A stretch of 64,000 bases of DNA from Holophagales bacterium (GTDB taxonomy: Bacteria; Acidobacteriota; Thermoanaerobaculia; Multivoradales; Multivoraceae): assembly GCA_009837085.1 (NCBI GenBank), contig VXUF01000077.1:85144-149143 (forward strand), written 5' to 3'. The number at the start of each line of letters is the position of its first letter. Position 1 is the stretch's first letter. Below, piece after piece: positions 36,961 to 46,798 of the stretch. The translations under genes and the position numbers were made by a program. Under the pieces are notes generated by a model that was not told where the DNA came from, made no database searches, and worked only from the letters and a program-made list of their open reading frames with translations.

Positions 36961-38771
36961 CGGGAGCCGCCGCGGGCGAGGCGCAGTTTCAGCGTGCGCG
37001 GCTCCTGGTCGGCGCCCTGATGCGCGCCGGCGTCCGGCGGGCGGTCACGAGCCCGGGTTCCCGCTCGACGCCGCTGGTGCTGGCGGCGCTCGACGCCGCG
37101 GCCGCCGGCCTGGACGTCGCCAGCATCGTCGACGAACGGGCGGCCGGGTTCTTCGCGCTCGGCCAGGCACGGGCCACGGGCATGCCGACGGTCCTGATCT
37201 GCACCTCGGGGACGGCGCCGGCGCACTACCTGCCGGCGATGATGGAAGCCCGCGAGGCCGGTGTTCCCCTGATCGCCCTGACCGCCGACCGGCCGATCGA
37301 GTTGATGGACTGCGCCGCGCCCCAGACCACGGACCAGACGAAGCTCTTCGGCTCGTTCGTGAACCACTTCGCGGAAGTCGATCTCGCGGGTCCGGTCGAT
37401 CCGCTGAGCCTGCGGGCGATCCGGCGAACCGCCGCTCAGGCCGTCTTCCGTTCCCGTTGGCCGCGGCCGGCCGCGGTGCACATGAACGTACGGGCGCGCA
37501 AGCCGCTCGAGCCGGAGGCGGGCGCCGGAGACGGTTCGCTCGCGGCGGCGGTTGACGCTTTACTCGGCGAGCCGATCGAGGCGGCGGTGCCCGCGGCGCA
37601 ACCGGATCCGGCGGCGCGCGATCGGGCGGCGGCGCTGTGTCGGCGAGCGGAGCGTGGCCTGAGCGTCGCCGGTGCCTTGCCCCTTCCGCTGGCGGAGTGC
37701 CGGCGGGACGGTGACGTCTGGGGTCTGGCGAAGCTCGCGCGGCGTACCGGCTTTCCGCTACTTGCGGAGGCCACGAGTCAGAGCCGGTTCACGGAAGGAG
37801 ACTCCGCAGCCGACGCCGCCCGGCTCGGCGCGGCCTGGCGAGCCGCCGGCGGCGAAGGCTTGCCTCTTCCGGACCTGATCCTGCAGGTCGGAGCGCCGCC
37901 GGTCGCGGTTGGCGCCCAGCGCCTGATCGAGGCCGGGGGAGCGCCTCAGATCGTGCTGTCGGACGGTCCCTGGACCGATCCCGCCGGACTCGCTTCGGTG
38001 TTCCTGTTCGGGAACGTCGGACGCTCGACATCGGAACTCTGTCGACGGCTCGAGGATGTCGGGCCGGGCGATGAGGCAGCCGGTTGGCGGGAGGACGTTC
38101 TCGGGTTGTGCGGGCGATTTCGGGCCGCGGTGGCGAGCCCAGGCCCCGAAGGTCCCGGGTTTCACGATGGGGAAGCAGCCGCAGTGGCGGTCGCGGCGAC
38201 GCCCGCGGACGCGCTCCTCATGCTGGGCAACAGCCTGCCCGTGCGCCTGATCGAAACCTGGGCTGCTCACCCCGGTCGCCGGGTCTGGGTCGCGAGCCAG
38301 CGGGGTTTGAGCGGGATCGACGGGTCGGTGGCGGGCTTCCTTGGATCGCTCGGCGCGGGCGGTTTCCCTGCCGGCCTGCTGCTCGCGGGCGACGTCAGCC
38401 TGCTGCACGATCTCGATGGCCTGGCGATCGCCCCCGAGTACGGCGCCGGTCCGCCGGCCGTGGTCGTGGTGATCGACAACCAGGGGGGACGGATCTTCGA
38501 TCGACTCCCGATCGCGAAGGCCGAGGTTTTCCAGGGGCCGGCAGGCAGGCACTGGTTGACGCCCCACGGGGTCGACTTTGGCGGCCTGGCACGGGCGTTC
38601 GGCGTACCTTACGCGCGAGTGGAAGGTGCCACGGCGCTGGCGCGGGAGATCGGGGCGGCCCTCGGCCGGCCGGGCGTTTCGCTGATCGTTGCGGGGGTCG
38701 CTCCGGGCGCTTTGACGGCGGCTGAGGAGTCGCTGCGGCGAGCCATGCGTGCGGCCTCGTCGTCGCGATGA
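36951..38771 (+). CDS. menD: SEPHCHC synthase (ThDP-dependent)
   Basis: It contains 'TSPGSRSTPL', 'DERAAGFFALG', 'TSGTAPAHY.PA..EA....PLI.LTADRP' and the ThDP motif 'GD.S.LHDL'. It overlaps menF by 10 nt. Confidence 0.9.
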   Translation: MGLAGAAAGEAQFQRARLLVGALMRAGVRRAVTSPGSRSTPLVLAALDAAAAGLDVASIVDERAAGFFALGQARATGMPTVLICTSGTAPAHYLPAMMEAREAGVPLIALTADRPIELMDCAAPQTTDQTKLFGSFVNHFAEVDLAGPVDPLSLRAIRRTAAQAVFRSRWPRPAAVHMNVRARKPLEPEAGAGDGSLAAAVDALLGEPIEAAVPAAQPDPAARDRAAALCRRAERGLSVAGALPLPLAECRRDGDVWGLAKLARRTGFPLLAEATSQSRFTEGDSAADAARLGAAWRAAGGEGLPLPDLILQVGAPPVAVGAQRLIEAGGAPQIVLSDGPWTDPAGLASVFLFGNVGRSTSELCRRLEDVGPGDEAAGWREDVLGLCGRFRAAVASPGPEGPGFHDGEAAAVAVAATPADALLMLGNSLPVRLIETWAAHPGRRVWVASQRGLSGIDGSVAGFLGSLGAGGFPAGLLLAGDVSLLHDLDGLAIAPEYGAGPPAVVVVIDNQGGRIFDRLPIAKAEVFQGPAGRHWLTPHGVDFGGLARAFGVPYARVEGATALAREIGAALGRPGVSLIVAGVAPGALTAAEESLRRAMRAASSSR

Positions 38772-39541
38772 CCACGGCCGTCCTCATCCACGGCTTCTCG
38801 GGCGGTCCGGCTAGTTGGCGGCGGGTGGAAGCGCTGCTCGACGTGCCGAGCTACGCGCCGCCGGTTTGCGGTCATGGTGGCGGAGGTCCGCCAGCGGTCT
38901 CCAAAGGCCCGAGCTCCTTCGAGGCCGAGGTCGATCGGCTGGGAGCGATCGTCCGGGCCGAGGTGCCGGCACCTCGCCTGGTGGTCGGCTATTCCCTGGG
39001 TGGGCGGCTGGCTCTCGGCCTCCTCGTCCGTCACCCGGACCTGTTCCCCGGGGCTGTTCTGATCGGCGCGAACCCGGGAATCGGCGGAGAAGACGCTCGC
39101 GCGGCTCGGCGGCGCGACGACGAGCGCTGGGCTCGGCTCATCGAGGAGGAGGGCCTCACCGTCTTCGACAACGAGTGGTCAGCCCTGCCTCTGTTCGCCA
39201 GTCAGTACGACCTGGACGCTGAGCGGCTAGCCGAGCAGCGGCGTACTCGCCTCGGCCACGATCCCGCGGGACTCGGGGCGGCCATGAGGGCGCTCGGTCT
39301 CGGCGTCATGCCGGACTACCGATCCGCACTCCGCGGCGTCCGCTGCCGGGTGGACTTGATCGTTGGCGGTCTGGATTCGAAGTTCGAGTCACTGGCGCGG
39401 CAGATGGCGGAAACGCTCCCCAACGCTTCGGTCCACGTTGTCCAGGGCGCTGGCCACAACGTGCCTCTGGAAGCGCCGGCCGAGCTGGCCCGCCTGCTGA
39501 ACGCGACCCTGGGCAACGTCGATTGGCACAATCGGTGCTGA
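38768..39541 (+). CDS. menH: SHCHC synthase (alpha/beta hydrolase)
   Basis: It contains 'LIHGFSG', the nucleophile elbow 'GYSLGGRLAL' and 'GAGHNV'. Its start forms an ATGA overlap with the menD stop. Confidence 0.8.
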   Translation: MTTAVLIHGFSGGPASWRRVEALLDVPSYAPPVCGHGGGGPPAVSKGPSSFEAEVDRLGAIVRAEVPAPRLVVGYSLGGRLALGLLVRHPDLFPGAVLIGANPGIGGEDARAARRRDDERWARLIEEEGLTVFDNEWSALPLFASQYDLDAERLAEQRRTRLGHDPAGLGAAMRALGLGVMPDYRSALRGVRCRVDLIVGGLDSKFESLARQMAETLPNASVHVVQGAGHNVPLEAPAELARLLNATLGNVDWHNRC

Positions 39542-39586
39542 TGGCGCAGCCCGTTGTAGTGTCGCCGATCGAAGGAGGCGCGGGGG

Positions 39587-40435
39587 ATGAGCGGAAGATC
39601 GCACCAGGAGTGGCTGACGGCGGGCGAGTACACGGACATCCGTTATGAGAAGTCCTATGTCGACGGTGAGCCGGAGGGAATCGCCAAGATCACCATCAAC
39701 CGGCCGGAGGTGCGCAACGCGTTCCGGCCGCTGACGGTTCAGGAGATGAGCGCGGCGGTGGACGTGGCCCGCGATGACGGCGAGGTCGGCGCGGTGATCC
39801 TGACCGGCGAGGGGCGAAGCGCCTTCTGTTCGGGCGGCGATCAGCGCATCCGGGGCGATGCCGGCTACGTCGGCGACGACGGCGTGCCGCGACTGAACGT
39901 CCTCGACCTGCAGCGTCAGATCCGCACCTTGCCCAAACCGGTCGTGGCGATGGTCGCGGGCTACGCGATCGGCGGCGGCCACGTGCTCCACATGGTCTGC
40001 GACCTGACGATCGCCGCCGACAACGCCCGCTTCGGCCAGACCGGGCCGCGGGTGGGAAGTTTCGACGGCGGCTACGGCGCTTCGTACATGGCGCGGATCG
40101 TGGGCCAGAAGAAAGCGCGGGAGATCTGGTTCCTGTGCCGCCAGTACAACGCCCGGCAGGCGCTGGACATGGGGCTTGTCAACACGGTCGTGCCGCTCGA
40201 CCGGCTCGAGCGGGAGACCCTCCAGTGGTGCCGCGAGATGCTGGCGAACAGTCCGATGGCGCTTCGCTGCCTGAAGGCGGCGATGAACGCGGACTGCGAC
40301 GGCCAGGCCGGCCTCCAGGAGCTGGCGGGGAACGCGACCCTGCTGTTCTACATGACGCAGGAGGGGCAGGAGGGCCGGCAGGCGTTCCTGGAGAAGCGGA
40401 AGCCGGACTTCTCGAAGTTCCAGCGCTACCCATGA
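39587..40435 (+). CDS. menB: 1,4-dihydroxy-2-naphthoyl-CoA synthase
   Basis: It is a crotonase-fold protein: '[25 protein letters not shown]', 'FCSGGDQ' and '[21 protein letters not shown]'. An AGGAGG SD lies upstream. Confidence 0.95.
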   Translation: MSGRSHQEWLTAGEYTDIRYEKSYVDGEPEGIAKITINRPEVRNAFRPLTVQEMSAAVDVARDDGEVGAVILTGEGRSAFCSGGDQRIRGDAGYVGDDGVPRLNVLDLQRQIRTLPKPVVAMVAGYAIGGGHVLHMVCDLTIAADNARFGQTGPRVGSFDGGYGASYMARIVGQKKAREIWFLCRQYNARQALDMGLVNTVVPLDRLERETLQWCREMLANSPMALRCLKAAMNADCDGQAGLQELAGNATLLFYMTQEGQEGRQAFLEKRKPDFSKFQRYP

Positions 40436-41364
40436 ACCCGCGCGTCTCGGGCTCGGCTGGCCCCGCGCCCGGGGACGACCACCCTGGCAAGCTGACCGCC
40501 TGGCTCGAGGCAGTGCGACCCAAGACGCTCTGGGCCGGCGTTACGCCGGTGCTTGTGGGAACCGCGTGCGCCGTTTCGGTGGGCGGTTCTCGCACGGGTC
40601 CGGCGCTGGCCGCCCTGGGGACGGCGATCGGTCTTCAGATCGGTACGAACCTGTCGAACGACGTACTGGACTTCGACCGCGGCGCCGACACGGAGAAGCG
40701 CGTCGGTCCACGGCGAGCGGTTCAGTCCGGCCTGCTTGGCCGGCGTGAGGTCTGGGGCGGCGCCTGGTGCGCGTTCGGAGCAGCGGTGCTCTGCGGCCTC
40801 TACCTGGCGTCAGTTGCTGGTTGGCCCGTGCTCGCGCTGGGCGCCGTCGCGATCGTCTCCGGGCTGCTCTACACCGCCGGCCCCTGGCCGCTCGCCTACG
40901 TTGGCCTGGGCGACGCGTTCGTCCTTCTCTTCTTCGGCTTTGCGGCGGTTGTCGGGACGACGTGGGTACAGGCGCTCTCCGCGCCGCCGTCGGCCTGGTG
41001 GGCCGGCCTCTCGGTGGGTTCGCTGGCCGTGGCGATTCTCGTCACGAACAACCTCCGGGACGAGGAGACGGACGCGGCAGCCGGGAAACGGACCCTGATC
41101 GTGCGGTTTGGCCGCCGCTTCGGTCTCATCGAGTTCGCGGCGTGCCTCAGTGTGGCGTTCCTCGCCGTCTTGCCGACAGTGGCGGTTCTCGGTCCGTGGC
41201 CCATGCTGTCGTGGCTTGCCCTGCCGTTCGCGGTCGCCGTGCAGCGGTCCGTGTGGCGCGGCGAGAGCGCGGTCCTCAATCTGGCGCTGGCGGCGACCGC
41301 CCGACTGCTCCTCCTGTTCGGCGTGCTCCTGTCGATTGGCATCGTCCTGGGAGCACGGAACTGA
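40432..41364 (+). CDS. menA: 1,4-dihydroxy-2-naphthoate polyprenyltransferase
   Basis: It is a UbiA-family polytopic membrane protein with '[14 protein letters not shown]' and 'NNLRDEETD'. Its ATG at 40432 overlaps the menB stop. Confidence 0.9.
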   Translation: MNPRVSGSAGPAPGDDHPGKLTAWLEAVRPKTLWAGVTPVLVGTACAVSVGGSRTGPALAALGTAIGLQIGTNLSNDVLDFDRGADTEKRVGPRRAVQSGLLGRREVWGGAWCAFGAAVLCGLYLASVAGWPVLALGAVAIVSGLLYTAGPWPLAYVGLGDAFVLLFFGFAAVVGTTWVQALSAPPSAWWAGLSVGSLAVAILVTNNLRDEETDAAAGKRTLIVRFGRRFGLIEFAACLSVAFLAVLPTVAVLGPWPMLSWLALPFAVAVQRSVWRGESAVLNLALAATARLLLLFGVLLSIGIVLGARN

Positions 41365-41390
41365 GCGGCGAACTCTCGGTTCAAGCGGCG

Positions 41391-42797
41391 GTGCGTGAAG
41401 CGCGCGGGGCGGCCCTGATCGACGGTGGCCGCAAGGTCGGCTGGAGGGAGCTCGCTCAGCGGGTGGATCGAACGCGGGACGCGTTGCGGCGGCGGCTCGA
41501 CGGCGTGACGGCGCCGGTCGTCGCCGTCGTGGGCGGCGCGGGGCCCGAGGCGGTGGTCACGCTGCTCGCAGTGCTGGAGGACCGTGTGTCGTTCGTGGTG
41601 CTCCACCCGCGGTGGACCAGCGCCGAACGCGACCGGGCGATCACGATGGCCGGGGCGTGCGTTTGTGTCGAGAGTGGCGGAGCTTTGGCTGCGCCGCCGG
41701 CGGCTGCCGGGGTTGGCAATCCGGGTGTCGGGCCGGGCGCGGCCATCGTCTTCACTTCCGGTACGACAGGTCATCCACGGGGCGCCGTGCTCAGTCGAGC
41801 GGCTCTCCGCGCCTCGGCACGCGCGCACACGCGGGCCATGGGTTGGCGCGCCGGCGACCGCTGGCTTCTGAGCCTGCCCACGGCTCACGTGGGCGGCCTG
41901 ATGGTCGTCATCCGTTGTCTCCAGGCGCGACGGGCGGTGGTCGTGGGCGGGCGTAGGGCGTCCGGGAACTTCGACGCGGACGAAACCCTCCGGGTCGTCG
42001 AACGCGACCGGGTGACCCTCCTGTCTGTCGTGCCGACGATGCTCGCGCGCCTGCTTCAGACGACCAGGCGCCCGCCGCCGAGCCTGCGGGCCGTGCTTGT
42101 GGGGGGCGCCGGCGCTCCCGCGGCGCTGATGGAGCGGGCAAGGGAACGCGGCTGGCCGGTGTTCGCGACCTACGGGCTGACGGAGGCCTGTTCCCAGGTC
42201 GCAACGGAGCGGTCGGGCGAGACGCCGGGAGGCGTGGGTGCGCCGCTGCCCGGGGTCGAGGTGCGCGTTGCGGCTCCGGACGGGTCGGTCGGCACGATCC
42301 AGGTGCGGGGCGACGCGCTGTTCGACGGCTACCTGGGCGCGGAACCGGGCGCGCCGCTCGAACGTCCCTTCGAGGCGGACGGCTGGTTCGATACGGGCGA
42401 CATGGGCGTGATCGACGAGGACGGCCGACTCCGGGTCGTGGGTCGCTGCTCCGACCGGATCGTGACCGGCGGCGAGAACGTCGATCCGGCGGAAGTCGAA
42501 GCGGCCGTCGTGGAGTGGCCCGGGGCGGCGGAGGCCTGCGTGGTCGGTCTGGAGGACGAGGAGTGGGGCGAACGGGTGGGCGCCGTCCTGGTCCCGGCCG
42601 CCGGTTTCGAGGCGCTTGGCGGGCTGGACGGACTCGGGCGGCACCTCGGTGGGCGGCTTGCCGGGTTCAAGCGGCCGCGATGCTGGCGCGTCGTTGATCG
42701 TCTACCCGTGGCGGCTTCGGGCAAAGTGGACCGAAGTGCCTGCGCTCGACTCCTGGTCGAGTCACCGAGCCCACAGGTGGGGGAGGCCGGACGGTGA
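41391..42797 (+). CDS. menE: o-Succinylbenzoate--CoA ligase
   Basis: It has the adenylate-forming motifs 'IVFTSGTTGHPRG', 'ATYGLTEA' and 'GWFDTGD'. The start is tentative. GTG 41391 is the first start codon I could find after the menA stop in this frame. Confidence 0.85.
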   Translation: MREARGAALIDGGRKVGWRELAQRVDRTRDALRRRLDGVTAPVVAVVGGAGPEAVVTLLAVLEDRVSFVVLHPRWTSAERDRAITMAGACVCVESGGALAAPPAAAGVGNPGVGPGAAIVFTSGTTGHPRGAVLSRAALRASARAHTRAMGWRAGDRWLLSLPTAHVGGLMVVIRCLQARRAVVVGGRRASGNFDADETLRVVERDRVTLLSVVPTMLARLLQTTRRPPPSLRAVLVGGAGAPAALMERARERGWPVFATYGLTEACSQVATERSGETPGGVGAPLPGVEVRVAAPDGSVGTIQVRGDALFDGYLGAEPGAPLERPFEADGWFDTGDMGVIDEDGRLRVVGRCSDRIVTGGENVDPAEVEAAVVEWPGAAEACVVGLEDEEWGERVGAVLVPAAGFEALGGLDGLGRHLGGRLAGFKRPRCWRVVDRLPVAASGKVDRSACARLLVESPSPQVGEAGR

Positions 42798-44182
42798 CCG
42801 TCGACGCCGCGGTGGCGGAGTTCCGGGACCGGCTCGATCTCGAGCAGCGACTCCGGCCCTTCGAGTCGCTTCGCTACCGGGCGAGCGACGCCGGGACCAC
42901 AGCCGTTCACCTGGACGACTTCGCGGCGATTCCGTTCCTGGACGGTGTGAGCGGCGTCGAGCACTACCAGCACCGGGCCCGGCTGCGAGCGCGGAGCGGC
43001 GACGTCTATGTGGCCTCGACGTCCGCGCCGACCGGTTACGAGCGCTACTGCCGGGAAGTCCTCGGCCTCGGCGCGGTGGGACTCCTGGCCGTCGACCCTG
43101 GTGGCGACCGGCTCGCGATAGCCAGTGCCTGCCTGGCGAACCGCGCGCTTCTCGACCGGCTGGGAGCGCTTGCCCGCCGTGGCGGCCTGGTTGTCGAGCC
43201 CTTCCTTGGCACCGAGGCGATCTGGGACCTCGCGACGGCCGTTGCCGCCGGGGCCGGCGCTCGCGTAGGGGTGCTGGCGCCGCCGCCGCCGGTGACCTGG
43301 ATCGCCAACGACAAGGCGAACTTCGAGGATCTCGTCAACGCGGTCCTCGGTCCCGGCTTCCTGCCCGAGAGCCGCCGATCGGCTTCGGCGGAAGCGCTGG
43401 CCCGGGCGCTGCTCGAGCTCTCGGAAACAGGCCCTTCCGTGGCGCTCAAGCGGCTGCGCTGTGCTTCGGCGATGGGCAACGAGGTATTCGAGTCCGAGGC
43501 GCTCCGTCGCCACGGATTTCCGGGCGTCCTGGACATCGTCCGGGGTTTCCTCGAGAGGACCGGCTGGGAGGGCGACGAGGACGTGCTCGCGGTGTGCTGG
43601 GAGCGGGCGACATCGTCGCCTTCGACGCAGTGGTGGCTGCCGCCGCCTGGTGGCGGCGCGCCGATTCTCAGCGGCGTCTACGAGCAGATCCTGGCCGGAG
43701 AGGAGGGAGTTTTCGTCGGCAGCCGCCCGAGCGGACTGGCGGCGGAAGTGGAGGAGCGGATCGTGTTCCAGTCGGGCCAGCTGGCAGCCGCGCTGCAACG
43801 CCTGGGCTATGTCGGCCGTTGCTCGTTCGACCACCTGGTGCTGCCGGATGGCCGGGTCGTGTTCACGGAGTGCAACGGGCGCTGGGGCGGCACCAGCACG
43901 CCGATGAACCTCGTCGACCGCCTCTACCCGGCCGCCCGACCGCCGTACCAGGCGCAGGCCGTCGTTCACCCGCGACTCGTCGGGCTGACGTTCCAGCAGC
44001 TCCTGGCGCGGTTCGGCGACGCCGTGCACGAGCGCGGCTCAGGGGCGGGCCGGTTCCTCCTCTACAACGTGGGACCGCTGAAGCAGTTTGGCAAGTTCGA
44101 TGTCGTGGCGCTGGGCTCGAGCCGCTCCCACGTCGACGAGCTGATGACTGTGGAGCTGCCGCGCCTCCTCGGGGTGTCCTGA
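42794..44182 (+). CDS. Uncharacterised ATP-grasp-like protein (pre-ATP-grasp plus ATP-grasp, PGM1-like architecture suspected)
   Basis: Its GTG overlaps the menE stop (GTGA at 42794-42797), and GGGAGG lies 7 nt upstream. 'SVALKRLRCASAMGNEVF' is an ATP-binding Lys strand-like motif. 'FDHLVLPDGRVVFTECNGRWGGTS' is an E-x-N Mg-binding motif of ATP-grasp folds. Confidence 0.6.
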   Translation: MTVDAAVAEFRDRLDLEQRLRPFESLRYRASDAGTTAVHLDDFAAIPFLDGVSGVEHYQHRARLRARSGDVYVASTSAPTGYERYCREVLGLGAVGLLAVDPGGDRLAIASACLANRALLDRLGALARRGGLVVEPFLGTEAIWDLATAVAAGAGARVGVLAPPPPVTWIANDKANFEDLVNAVLGPGFLPESRRSASAEALARALLELSETGPSVALKRLRCASAMGNEVFESEALRRHGFPGVLDIVRGFLERTGWEGDEDVLAVCWERATSSPSTQWWLPPPGGGAPILSGVYEQILAGEEGVFVGSRPSGLAAEVEERIVFQSGQLAAALQRLGYVGRCSFDHLVLPDGRVVFTECNGRWGGTSTPMNLVDRLYPAARPPYQAQAVVHPRLVGLTFQQLLARFGDAVHERGSGAGRFLLYNVGPLKQFGKFDVVALGSSRSHVDELMTVELPRLLGVS

Positions 44183-44198
44183 CCGCGGCCTCGCGGCG

Positions 44199-44522
44199 TC
44201 AGACAGGGGAGCCGTCGTCGCGGAGGCTGCGGTCGAGCTGCTCGCTCATCTGACGCAGGCGCTCCGCTTCGGCCGACGACAGCACGCCGCCATCCTGACA
44301 GGCCTCGATCGTCGAGGTCATCTCGTTCAACCTGTCGAGCGCCTCGTCGGACGCACCGCGCCGCTCCGGTGACGCGTGAGCCGCCGCGAACAGCAGTGTC
44401 GACAGCGTCAGGGCAAGTCGGCGCAGGCGCTGCCGCGGCGGCGCCGGTGCGGACTCCGGCTCGGCGGTCGCGTCGTATACGTCCGCCAGCAGGATGCGCG
44501 AGATCGCGTATGCGTCCTTCAT
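44199..44522 (-). CDS. Small hypothetical protein
   Basis: 107 aa, helical, with no recognisable motif. It lies 60 nt downstream of apaH on the same strand. Confidence 0.4.
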   Translation of the reverse strand: MKDAYAISRILLADVYDATAEPESAPAPPRQRLRRLALTLSTLLFAAAHASPERRGASDEALDRLNEMTSTIEACQDGGVLSSAEAERLRQMSEQLDRSLRDDGSPV

Positions 44523-44582
44523 CTTCCTAGTCGCTTCTCCCCAGAGTCCGGCGCCCCATGCCGGTTCGGGAGTCTCTATTGG

Positions 44583-45395
44583 TTACAACGAACGGGAAGC
44601 CCGGTTGGTTTCCGGATTTCGATCGACCATCTTCTGCTGAAGGACGCGACGGGCATCGTCCAGGCGTACGGCCGTCAGCCTGCCGCCCCAGACGCAGCCG
44701 CTGTCGAGGGCGATGAGGTCGTCTTCGAGATGCAGTCCGAGAGCGGCCCAGTGGCCGCAGACGATCGTGCGTTCCGGACAACCGCGGGGCACGACGCGGA
44801 ACCACGGCTTGAGTCCCGAGGGCGCGTCCGTCAGCGGGCCGCTGTAGGCGTGGGGCCGGCCCTTCCCGTCGAGCATTCGCATACGGGTAAACGCCACCAG
44901 CGACTTCCTGTTCGGGCGGCGCAGCAGGCGCTTCGCTTCGGGACCCCGGAGCCTTCGCTCGAGTCGCCCGGCCGCCTTGAGGGCGTCTTCCGGCGACCAT
45001 CCCGGCCGCAGGCCCGCGTGAACGAGGACGTAGTCGCGTCCGGCGACTCGCTCGAAGTGGACGAAGGGCCGCCGGCGCAGCCAGTCGACCAGTTCCGGCG
45101 CGTCCTTGGCCTTGAGCGCCTTCTTCAGGGTGTCGCGTGGTCTCGCGCCGGCGACCCCCAGGCGGCGGGCGATCAGGTGGAGGTCGTGGTTGCCGAGGAC
45201 GACCCGGAAGCGTTCGCCCATCTCGTCCTCCATGGCGCGAGCCCAGCGGAGCACCTTGAGCGAGCGCGGGCCCCGGTTGACAAGATCGCCCACCATCCAG
45301 AGGCGGTCCCTCCGGACGTCGAGGTCCATCCGACCAAGCAGGGCCCGGAGCGTCCGATAGCAGCCATGGACGTCGCCGATCGCCCAGGTCGCCAC
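44583..45395 (-). CDS. apaH: Symmetrical bis(5'-nucleosyl)-tetraphosphatase
   Basis: It has the metallophosphoesterase motifs 'AIGDVHGC', 'GDLVNRGP' and 'GNHDLHL'. I place the start at GTG 45395. The 513-aa track ORF extends through the upstream gene in another frame. Confidence 0.85.
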   Translation of the reverse strand: MATWAIGDVHGCYRTLRALLGRMDLDVRRDRLWMVGDLVNRGPRSLKVLRWARAMEDEMGERFRVVLGNHDLHLIARRLGVAGARPRDTLKKALKAKDAPELVDWLRRRPFVHFERVAGRDYVLVHAGLRPGWSPEDALKAAGRLERRLRGPEAKRLLRRPNRKSLVAFTRMRMLDGKGRPHAYSGPLTDAPSGLKPWFRVVPRGCPERTIVCGHWAALGLHLEDDLIALDSGCVWGGRLTAVRLDDARRVLQQKMVDRNPETNRASRSL

Positions 45396-45418
45396 CGGAG
45401 TCCCCGAGTTCAGCGGTG

Positions 45419-46750
45419 CTAGTCGACTATGGCCTGGTAGGTCAGGGACTGGAGGTCCTGCCTGATGTTCAGGTGGGTATAGGGCCGGACCTGGGTCATC
45501 AGGATGCCGATCAGTTCCTCTTCGGGATCGACCCAGAACACGGTGCAGAACGCGCCGCCCCAGGAGTAGGACCCGACCGACGCCGGCATCGCCGAGGCGC
45601 CCTTGTCCGTCACCACGCTGTAGCCGAGGCCGAAGCCATAGCCGGGACCTCGCAGCCAGAGGCCGTGGTCGCCGGTGTGGTTCGAGGTCATCAGCTCGAC
45701 CGTCTTTCGGCCGAGGATGCGCTCGCTGTCCAGTTCGCCGCCGTTCAGCATCATCTGGTGGAAGCGGTAGTAGTCGGCCGCCGTGGAGACCAGGCCGCCG
45801 GAACCGCTGAAGTACCTGTGCGGCTCGCGCACGTGCCGGGCGTTCACGTCCGGCGCCTCGGCGAGGACGATCTTCCCGTCCTCGCCTGGCCGGTAGAGCG
45901 CGGCGTAGCGGCCGACCTTCGACTCGGGCAGGTAGAAGTACGTGTCGACCATGCCCAGCGGCTCGAAGATGCGCTCCTGCAGGTACTCGTCCAGGGTCTG
46001 GCCCGACAGCACCTCGACCATCCGGCCGACGACGTCGACCGACGGGCCGTACTGCCAGGCGTCGCCGGGGTGGAACTCGAGCGGCAGCTCGGCGAGGGCG
46101 GTGACGAAGTCGCCGACCGTCCACTCGGGGTCCCGGTCGTTGCGCAGCTTCGCGTACTCGGCGCCGAGCAGCCCGCGGTAGCTGTTCGCGAAGCCGGCCG
46201 TGTGAGTCAGGATGTGCTGGACCGTGATCGGCCGCGCGGCCTGGATGAGCTTGTAAGGGGCGCCCAGGTACTCGTCGGCGTCCGGCACCGTCGCGACCTG
46301 CATCTCGGCGAACTCCGGCAGGTACTTCGCGATCGGATCGCGGAGCTGGAAGCGGCCCTCCTCGTACAGGGTCATCAACGCCACGGAAGCGATCGGCTTG
46401 GTCATCGAGGCGATCCGGAAGATCGTGTCCCGGGTCATCGGGGCGCCCTCCTCGCGCCAGCGTTCGCCCTGGGCCTCGAAGTGGACGACCTTGCCGCGGC
46501 GCGCGACCAGGGTCACCGTGCCGGCGATCTGCCCGCGGTCGATGTAGGCGCCGACCGCCTCGGAGAGGCGCTCGAGCCGTTCGCTCGACATGCCGGCGCT
46601 CTCCGGTTCGGCGATCGGCAGCGGGGCGCCCGCGGTCTGGTCGGCGGCTGCGGCCGGCGGAGCGGCCAGCGTGGCGGCGGCGAACAGGCCGCCGAGGAGG
46701 AACGCGGCGGCGGACAGCATCAGGACACGGTCACGTTGGTCGGGGTTCAT
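45419..46750 (-). CDS. Secreted serine hydrolase, beta-lactamase/S12 family
   Basis: It has a signal peptide, the S-x-x-K motif 'SMTKPI', and class-C-like length. Confidence 0.85.
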   Translation of the reverse strand: MNPDQRDRVLMLSAAAFLLGGLFAAATLAAPPAAAADQTAGAPLPIAEPESAGMSSERLERLSEAVGAYIDRGQIAGTVTLVARRGKVVHFEAQGERWREEGAPMTRDTIFRIASMTKPIASVALMTLYEEGRFQLRDPIAKYLPEFAEMQVATVPDADEYLGAPYKLIQAARPITVQHILTHTAGFANSYRGLLGAEYAKLRNDRDPEWTVGDFVTALAELPLEFHPGDAWQYGPSVDVVGRMVEVLSGQTLDEYLQERIFEPLGMVDTYFYLPESKVGRYAALYRPGEDGKIVLAEAPDVNARHVREPHRYFSGSGGLVSTAADYYRFHQMMLNGGELDSERILGRKTVELMTSNHTGDHGLWLRGPGYGFGLGYSVVTDKGASAMPASVGSYSWGGAFCTVFWVDPEEELIGILMTQVRPYTHLNIRQDLQSLTYQAIVD

Positions 46751-46798
46751 GGGGCGCCTCCCTGAGAGTGTGGGGGTGGTCTTCGGAGCCTTTGGGGT

